A DNA stretch of 32,000 bases from Alkanindiges sp. WGS2144 (GTDB lineage: Bacteria > Pseudomonadota > Gammaproteobacteria > Pseudomonadales > Moraxellaceae): assembly GCF_043950625.1 (NCBI RefSeq), contig NZ_CP171007.1. One strand, given 5' to 3'. The notes beneath the pieces are model-generated. The model saw only the letters and a program-made list of their open reading frames with translations. It did no database searches and was not told the origin of the DNA. Below are positions 26,113 to 32,000 of this stretch, piece after piece. A program made the position numbers and the translations under genes. The first letter of the stretch is position 1. Each line of letters begins with the position of its first letter.

Positions 26113-28800
26113 ATGACTTCCAAGCAAAGTATTTCATTGAATGAATCCACCACTGCCTCATCTGCGCTCGATGCCACGTCCTGTAAACAACCAGAACCTC
26201 AACAAAAACCCGCCAAAATCAATAATATTATTACGAGTAGTGAAACCCGGCAAACTACTGCATTGCAATCCTTCCAGCTTAGCCGCCAGCCAGAACTGGA
26301 CAAAATACCCACCTCAACACGGCGCATTAAACCCTTAAATGATTTTTTGGGTCAACAACGTGCACGCGCTGCCGTTGAGGCTGCTTTAACGCTTCCCTAT
26401 AATGGTTATAATATCTTTGCTGTTGGACCTAGTGGACTAGGTAAGCGCACCATGCTCAAGCGCCTTCTATTAAAGCAGGCGGCTCAAATGCCTACGCCCA
26501 GCGACTGGGTATATGTCAATAATTTTAGCGATACCCGCCAGCCTATTGCACTACAGCTTCCTGCCGGACAAGGCCCAAAGCTTAAAAAAGCCATGCACCA
26601 GCTATGGCAAACCCTGCTGAATACGCTGGAGCGCCGCTTTACCGCTGATAGTTATCACGCCCGGATTGAGACTATTCGTCAAACCACCGGACAGGAACAG
26701 CAAGAAGCCTTGATTGAGCTCACTCAGGAAGGTGAGGCACTAGATTTGCGCTTGGTATCACGTCATGAAGAGCACCGCTTTGTACCTGTCCACCATGTAG
26801 AAAAAAATAATAATAAAGATCAGCCAGTAATTAACCCGCCTGTTGAACTGACTGACGAAGAAATGGCAGCCCTTAGTCCCACCGAACGTGCCCGTATAGC
26901 CCAGAATATGCGGCAAATGGATAAAAAACTGGAGAAATTAGGTTCCCAGCTTGGTCAAATGGAAGAACAGGCACGTGTCAAGGTTTCACGAATCAATCGG
27001 GAGCTGGCAACCAGCGTGGTTGAACCCAAAGTGCAGCAAATTGCCCAGCGCTTTACGCACGTAAACGGACTGGAGCCATATTTAAAAGTCTACGCTCAGG
27101 ATGTAATTCAACATGTTGAGCATATTTTGGCGCAAGATGAAGAAGACTTTTTACCGGGGATTTTTGACCGGGTGCCCCCTCGTTATCAGGTCAACGTGAT
27201 GGTCAGCCATAAACCGAATAGCGGCGCACCAGTAGTTTTTGAAGACCTGCCGACTCACTATAACCTGCTGGGGCATGTAGAACAGCTTACCCAGATGGGT
27301 ACAATTACCACTGATTTTACCCTGATTCGTTCTGGTGCATTGCATCATGCCAATGGTGGTTTTTTAATTCTTGAAGCTGACCAGCTGCTCGAACAGCCGT
27401 ATGCCTGGCAGGGTTTAAAACGTGCCCTGCGTTCAGAACAAATCAGATTATCCTCTCTGGAACACATGATTACCCTGACGGGCAGTATTTCTATTGAGCC
27501 TGCTGCGATCCCCCTACAAATCAAGGTAATTTTACTGGGCGAACCTTATATTTACTATGAATTGCTGGAATTTGAACCTGAACTGAACAGCCTGTTTAAG
27601 ATTCGTGCAGATTTTACCGATACTCTGCCACGCACCGAAGAAAACGAACAGGCTTATATGCGCCTGATTGCTGACTACGTACAAAAAGAAAAGTTACTAC
27701 CATTTGACCGTTCTGCACTGGCTGCCCTGCTGACCGACTCCAGTCGCCAGGCTGAAGATCAGACTTCCCTATCATTGCATGCTGCTACCCTAGGTGATTT
27801 ACTGCGCGAAGCGGAGCATCTGGCAAAAAATCAGCAGGCCCGTATGGTGGGCAGCCAGCATATCGAAGAAGCTCTGGCACAGCGTCGATATCGTCTGGGT
27901 TACCTGCGCGAACTATACTGGCAGGATTTATCCCGTGGTACCCAACTCATTGAAACCAGTGGCCTGCGTTATGGCCAAGTCAATGCACTGACCGTTGTGC
28001 ATTATGCGGATAGTGAGTTTGGCCTGCCTGCACGCCTGACTGCCTCGGTCTATCAGGGCGGTGGAGACATTCTGGATATTGAACGCCATGTTGAATTAGG
28101 TGGCTCCCTACACGCCAAAGGCATTTTGATCATGTCGAGCTTTTTACGCTCGCACTTTGGCCGCTCCCAGCCTTTACACTTCTCTGCTGCGCTGGCCTTT
28201 GAGCAAAGTTATGGAGAAATTGACGGCGATAGTGCCACACTGGCCGAACTGAGTGCACTGATTTCTGCCATTAGCCAGATTCCCATAGACCAGTCTTTTG
28301 CGATTACTGGTTCCATGAACCAGCTAGGACAGGTACAACCCATTGGCGGCATTAACGCCAAGATTGAAGGCTTTTTTGACGCCTGCAAACTACAGGGGCT
28401 TAGTGGCAAGCAAGGGGTGATTTTCCCTGCACAGAACTTGCAGCATTTGATGCTACGGCAAGAGGTCATTGATGCAGTAGCAGAGGGACAATTTCACCTG
28501 CATGCCATTCATACTATTGAACAGGCACTGGAGCTGCTCATGGATCGTCCGGCTGGTCAAATTAATAAAAAGGGTAACTACAGCAAGGGCAGCATTTATG
28601 CCGAAGTCATGCACCAGCTTAAAAGCTGGCAGCTGATGGAGGCTAGTGATCCGCTGGAAAAAGAAAAATCCAAGAAACGTAAAAAGAAAAAAGCCAAACA
28701 AAAAGCGCAGTCAGAGCCAGAAGACGACTCTACGACGTTAACAGTAGAAGTACCGGATATGGAACAGGATATCACAGCAAAAACCAGCATCAATCAGTAA
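26113..28800 (+). CDS. Lon-like ATP-dependent protease (AAA_32-type N-domain plus S16 Lon_C protease domain)
   Basis: P-loop AVGPSGLGKRT. In the C-terminal Lon protease fold, the GDSATLAE catalytic Ser is codon 707 (28231-28233) and the NAKIEGF Lys is codon 750 (28360-28362). The Ser-Lys spacing is 43, as in Lon. A low-complexity N-terminus of ~70 aa and a K-rich tail EKEKSKKRKKKKAKQKAQ are present. Confidence 0.85.
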   Translation: MTSKQSISLNESTTASSALDATSCKQPEPQQKPAKINNIITSSETRQTTALQSFQLSRQPELDKIPTSTRRIKPLNDFLGQQRARAAVEAALTLPYNGYNIFAVGPSGLGKRTMLKRLLLKQAAQMPTPSDWVYVNNFSDTRQPIALQLPAGQGPKLKKAMHQLWQTLLNTLERRFTADSYHARIETIRQTTGQEQQEALIELTQEGEALDLRLVSRHEEHRFVPVHHVEKNNNKDQPVINPPVELTDEEMAALSPTERARIAQNMRQMDKKLEKLGSQLGQMEEQARVKVSRINRELATSVVEPKVQQIAQRFTHVNGLEPYLKVYAQDVIQHVEHILAQDEEDFLPGIFDRVPPRYQVNVMVSHKPNSGAPVVFEDLPTHYNLLGHVEQLTQMGTITTDFTLIRSGALHHANGGFLILEADQLLEQPYAWQGLKRALRSEQIRLSSLEHMITLTGSISIEPAAIPLQIKVILLGEPYIYYELLEFEPELNSLFKIRADFTDTLPRTEENEQAYMRLIADYVQKEKLLPFDRSALAALLTDSSRQAEDQTSLSLHAATLGDLLREAEHLAKNQQARMVGSQHIEEALAQRRYRLGYLRELYWQDLSRGTQLIETSGLRYGQVNALTVVHYADSEFGLPARLTASVYQGGGDILDIERHVELGGSLHAKGILIMSSFLRSHFGRSQPLHFSAALAFEQSYGEIDGDSATLAELSALISAISQIPIDQSFAITGSMNQLGQVQPIGGINAKIEGFFDACKLQGLSGKQGVIFPAQNLQHLMLRQEVIDAVAEGQFHLHAIHTIEQALELLMDRPAGQINKKGNYSKGSIYAEVMHQLKSWQLMEASDPLEKEKSKKRKKKKAKQKAQSEPEDDSTTLTVEVPDMEQDITAKTSINQ

Positions 28801-28814
28801 GAGAATATATAAGT

Positions 28815-29150
28815 ATGTTATGGCAGGCCATTTTTTATTTAGCTTTGGCAATTGCTCTCGAAATTGCTGGCACTCTCTGCTTACGCTTATCTGATGGTTT
28901 TAGTAAATGGCCTTATGTTCTGGGAGTCGCTATTGGCTATGGGCTGGCGTTCTGGCTGCTATCACTTAGCCTGAAACTGGGCCTGCCTTTAGGCATGGCC
29001 TATGCCATCTGGTCTGGCTTGGGCACTGCCATTATTGCCCTGATTGGGCTATATCTATTTAAGGAACCACTTTTCCTGATGCAATGGTTTGGTATTGGCT
29101 TTATTATTCTGGGAGTTTTACTACTTAATCTAGGCAGTAAAACGCTATAA
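28815..29150 (+). CDS. Small multidrug resistance (SMR) family transporter
   Basis: 111 aa with 4 TM helices. The conserved membrane-embedded Glu is in TM1 (AIALEIAGTLCLRLS), and AYAIWSGLGTA is the signature. The gene starts 14 nt after the stop of the Lon-like gene. Confidence 0.85.
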   Translation: MLWQAIFYLALAIALEIAGTLCLRLSDGFSKWPYVLGVAIGYGLAFWLLSLSLKLGLPLGMAYAIWSGLGTAIIALIGLYLFKEPLFLMQWFGIGFIILGVLLLNLGSKTL

Positions 29151-29228
29151 CTGCCTGCAAAAACACTCAATACTCCTAGTTCTATGTCGCAAAACAGTTT
29201 AAGGCAACCTAAAGCAAGTCATATAGAA

Positions 29229-30467
29229 TTAGGACACTTTGGTATTGCTCAGTGACTGCGGCAGAATATGAGCCAGTTGATAAGTGTTACGACCCTTTGA
29301 TTTGGCCTGGTACAAAGCCTCATCGGCATAATATAAAAAATCGTTTACCTTTTCACCAAGCTGGGGAATATAGGTTGCTAATCCCATACTTAAGGTCACA
29401 TGGGATGAAACTTCGCTCGTCGGATGCGGGATACTTAAATCTTTGACTGCACGCAGTAAACGTTCAGCCTGCCTGATCGCATGTGGCTGGTCAGTCATTG
29501 GCAAGAGCATCAAAAACTCTTCTCCACCATAACGTGCCACCAGCTCTCCACTACGGGCAGCCATTTTGGTGATGGTATCAGCTATCTGTACGAGGCATTG
29601 ATCACCTGCCAGATGCCCCAGTGCATCGTTATAAGCCTTGAAGTAATCTATATCTATCATCATTACCGTTAAGGGTGTTTGATGACGCATTGCCCTAAAC
29701 CACTCATCCTGTAGCATTTCATCCAGATGACGCCGGTTGGCAATACCTGTCAGGGAATCCTGACGTGATAGCACTTCAAGCTGATAATTGTGCTGGATCA
29801 TTTCAAGGCGATGCAGTTCCAGCAAGCAGGACTGCAAATAATTTTCACGATGCTGCCTATCGGTTACATAAGCCAGCGCCATACCCAGAAAACTGCTAAA
29901 CGTGTAAGTACGGTTTAATAAAGTCCAGGCTATTTCTCCACTGAGGTAGGTACTCACCAGCATACCCAGCAACCCGCCTGCCCACCCCGCAATGACCGCC
30001 AGATAAAAACGCAATCCTACAAAGCCATATACGATTACCACGGCATACATAATAGCCGCGTGAATTAAAACACTTCCCTGTCCATCATTAATGACTGTAG
30101 CAATCGCAAAAGACAGGGCAACTGCTATAGCTGAACCGATACAGGCATAATATTCAAACCACCGGTTCAATTTTTCAAACCAGGTAAATATCCAGGCGAC
30201 AAACACAATAACGCCTACACCACTGTAAAGCTTTAACCAATACATGAGCTGGTCAGGCTCTAACAACTGATAAATACCCAGGCTCAGAAATATATATAAA
30301 ACAAAAATAATAGGCCCACGATAGCGAAACTCATACGCGGCTTCGTTTTGATATTGGCGACGATAATCTTTTTCCAGCGCTGCTGGAAACCATACCAGGT
30401 TTAAGCCACTGCTCAATAGCCGGTTAATTTCTTTTCGTTCCAGAATATTGGAACCATGTAGCTTCAT
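29229..30467 (-). CDS. Membrane-anchored diguanylate cyclase (GGDEF domain)
   Basis: A multi-TM N-terminal half is followed by DSLTGIANRRHLDE... and an intact active site RYGGEEF. The position equivalent to the RxxD I-site reads RSGE. Confidence 0.88.
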   Translation of the reverse strand: MKLHGSNILERKEINRLLSSGLNLVWFPAALEKDYRRQYQNEAAYEFRYRGPIIFVLYIFLSLGIYQLLEPDQLMYWLKLYSGVGVIVFVAWIFTWFEKLNRWFEYYACIGSAIAVALSFAIATVINDGQGSVLIHAAIMYAVVIVYGFVGLRFYLAVIAGWAGGLLGMLVSTYLSGEIAWTLLNRTYTFSSFLGMALAYVTDRQHRENYLQSCLLELHRLEMIQHNYQLEVLSRQDSLTGIANRRHLDEMLQDEWFRAMRHQTPLTVMMIDIDYFKAYNDALGHLAGDQCLVQIADTITKMAARSGELVARYGGEEFLMLLPMTDQPHAIRQAERLLRAVKDLSIPHPTSEVSSHVTLSMGLATYIPQLGEKVNDFLYYADEALYQAKSKGRNTYQLAHILPQSLSNTKVS

Positions 30468-30735
30468 TTAATATCTGTCCTAAAACCTGAGCTTTTAATC
30501 CGCGTCCACCTATCCTTATGTCGTCCTGAGCCAAAGATAGTATTTATAATGTTTATAAGGCGTTTATATCAAAGCCTGTATTTTTTTCTAGAGGTATTTG
30601 ATCTGGTTATATGTAATGTTTTGAAACTACTGGCAAACTAGTTCACACTTTATATAAAAACAGTGTTGCTACTCGCTTTAGCTTTTTTAAGTTTTTTTAG
30701 TACACTAAAATTTTTTATGGTTAAGGATTAACCTT

Positions 30736-31512
30736 ATGCATACCACTGCACTAGAAGAGAAAAAATCATATAGCAACGACCTTGAAATCACACCACACAA
30801 CGAGTGGTCACAAGCCTTCTGGGATCAGCTTATTCCTGCCAAAGACCGTGTGAGTCAGCACCCTCTGTTTTTAGACCTGGCAGCCGGAAAATTAAGTCTC
30901 GAATGTTTTAAATATGCACTACTTAATTTTTACCCGCTGGTGGCACACTTTCCCTCCTATATGGCAATGAGCCTGGCAAAAGCAACAGCCTTCCAATTGC
31001 CCGGAGTGACCGAGGCTCGCAACTGGCTAATCCAGAACATCAAGGTAGAAGAGCGGCACTTGTACTGGTATCGTGACTGGGCAGTTGGTTTTGGGCTAAG
31101 CATTGATGAGCTGGATCATGTGTGTCCGCCTGTGGCCATGAATGCGGTGAACCATTATTTATGGAGCGTGGGTTATCGGGGAAGCCTGGCAGAAACCATT
31201 GCTGCTACCAATCTGGCTATTGAATGGGCAACCGGTGACTGGACTATTCGTGTGTATAAGGGTATTGAAGCTTATGCTGCGCACGATCAGGTCAAGCTGG
31301 GCAGTAAAACAGTTGCCTGGCTACGTGCCCATGCCCATTATGATGACTTGCATCCTTATGAGGCCATGGAGCTTATTAAGCGGCTTTGCAACCATGACGT
31401 GGTGATGCAGCAAAAAGCCTTACATGCTGCCCAGCAGGGTCTGGCTTACTATGAGCTGGCGCTGGATGAATGCTACAAAATGCAATCCAGGACAGCATCC
31501 AGGCAGTTATAA
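30736..31512 (+). CDS. Heme-oxygenase-like diiron enzyme of the TenA/PqqC superfamily, UndA-like
   Basis: A six-ligand pattern is visible: E105-x-x-H108 (VEERH), E163 (AIEWATGDW), and H199-x-x-x-D203-x-x-H206 (HAHYDDLH, 31330-31353). The 258-aa length and strings such as ATNLAIEWATGDW and WLRAHAHYDDLHPYEAMELI resemble my recollection of Pseudomonas UndA. A CADD/TenA-like role is not excluded. Confidence 0.6.
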   Translation: MHTTALEEKKSYSNDLEITPHNEWSQAFWDQLIPAKDRVSQHPLFLDLAAGKLSLECFKYALLNFYPLVAHFPSYMAMSLAKATAFQLPGVTEARNWLIQNIKVEERHLYWYRDWAVGFGLSIDELDHVCPPVAMNAVNHYLWSVGYRGSLAETIAATNLAIEWATGDWTIRVYKGIEAYAAHDQVKLGSKTVAWLRAHAHYDDLHPYEAMELIKRLCNHDVVMQQKALHAAQQGLAYYELALDECYKMQSRTASRQL

Positions 31513-31532
31513 TTTAATAAAAAACCTAAAAT

Positions 31533-31563
31533 AAGAAAGCCTGATATATTCTCAGGCTTTCTT
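31533..31563. terminator. Hairpin between the convergent UndA-like gene and grxD (probable bidirectional terminator)
   Basis: aagaaagcctga (31533-31544) pairs with tcaggctttctt (31552-31563) around a 7-nt loop. A-rich sequence lies upstream and T-rich sequence lies within and after the stem. Confidence 0.65.
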
Positions 31564-31585
31564 GTGTGATTACTGTATTTTGAAA

Positions 31586-31924
31586 CTACTGTGCTTCTGG
31601 CGCATGCTGCTCAATTAAAGGCTTAAGCTCACCTTTTTGGAACATATCCAGCATAATATCACTACCACCAATCAGCTCTCCATTTACCCATAGCTGGGGA
31701 AAGGTTGGCCAGTTGGCAATTCTTGGCAATGTGCTGCGAATTTCCGGGTTTTCCAGAATGTTGACATAAGCAAAAGGACGACCAATCTGGCTTAATGCCT
31801 CTACCGCACGCGCCGAAAAACCGCACTGGGGAAATTGTGGCGTACCTTTCATGTATAAAATTACCGGATGTTTGGCAATTTGCTCACGAATCAGCGTTTC
31901 AGTGTTATTGGTTGCGTCAGTCAT
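31586..31924 (-). CDS. grxD: Monothiol glutaredoxin (Grx4/GrxD family)
   Basis: The CGFS active site is in VILYMKGTPQFPQCGFSARAV. ..WPTFPQLWVNGELIGGSDI.. is the classic Grx4 core. Confidence 0.93.
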   Translation of the reverse strand: MTDATNNTETLIREQIAKHPVILYMKGTPQFPQCGFSARAVEALSQIGRPFAYVNILENPEIRSTLPRIANWPTFPQLWVNGELIGGSDIMLDMFQKGELKPLIEQHAPEAQ

Positions 31925-32000
31925 AAAACAAACCTCTTTAAATATTGCCTGATTATAGCGCTGTTTGTTGCAAGCGGCTATGGCATGACCGCAGCTTATA

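Noticed and set aside
26141-28793. Alternative-frame ORFs within the Lon-like gene, including 28453..28701(-) and 28596..28793(-) with poly-Phe stretches
   Set aside because: The poly-F is simply the reverse complement of the poly-Lys (aaa/aag) tail of the Lon-like protein. All of these ORFs are nested in a strong CDS.
30468-30735. Possible TPP riboswitch upstream of the TenA/UndA-like gene (cctgagcc and tgatctggtta strings)
   Set aside because: The resemblance is limited to two short strings. The complementary ccag pairing partner and the conserved GGGG/ACCC and CGUAGGGAA-type elements of the THI-box are absent, so no consistent fold could be drawn by hand.
30619-31591. 14-nt direct repeat ttttgaaactactg at 30619-30632 and 31578-31591, flanking the UndA-like gene
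   Set aside because: For a 32-kb window, roughly (32000^2/2)/4^14, or about 2, exact 14-mer pairs are expected by chance, and more in AT-rich DNA. The second copy overlaps the grxD stop codon. No flanking similarity extends the match.
1-32000. CRISPR arrays, rRNA genes, and classic defence operons (restriction-modification, CBASS, retron, Abi, toxin-antitoxin pairs)
   Set aside because: No regularly spaced direct repeats, no rRNA-like sequence and no recognisable defence gene sets were seen. The only TA-like element is the solo DinJ-like gene, and the only Lon-like protease lacks BREX-type partners.

Overview
Chromosomal window from a gammaproteobacterium, probably Moraxellaceae or Acinetobacter-like. 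The taxon guess is an inference from the mutL-miaA-hfq arrangement and an Hfq with a long Gly-rich C-terminal extension. Most of the window is ordinary housekeeping: lptD(partial)-surA; tsaE-mutL-miaA-hfq; an RluA-family pseudouridine synthase; a moxR-DUF58-tgpA operon; divergent efp/epmB; rpmE; a BASS transporter with gloA; ampG; a Lon-like S16 protease with an SMR pump; a GGDEF cyclase; an UndA/TenA-like diiron enzyme; grxD. The one clearly accessory patch is about 8.5-12.4 kb. It is a decayed integrative island next to tRNA-Val(GAC). A P4-type integrase remnant there is split by an IS5-family element with a clean 3-bp duplication and then cut off by an IS3-family element. That IS3 abuts a truncated, frameshifted IS21 remnant, which in turn truncates an unknown ORF. 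I did not find a convincing novel multi-gene defence or secretion-type system and I do not want to overstate that. The best candidates for undescribed biology are four. (1) A 590-aa uncharacterised protein with a non-canonical PilZ-like C-terminus lies directly upstream of a triply degenerate FimX-like REC-PAS-GGDEF-EAL protein, apparently co-transcribed with epmB. (2) A perfect 24-bp inverted repeat inside the IS3 orfA sits on the HTH region and on the orfA/orfB junction. (3) A standalone 895-aa Lon-like protease carries a poly-lysine tail. (4) An orphan RelB/DinJ-like gene has no toxin partner. All functional calls come from reading motifs in the supplied translations and from memory of protein families. 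No database search was run.
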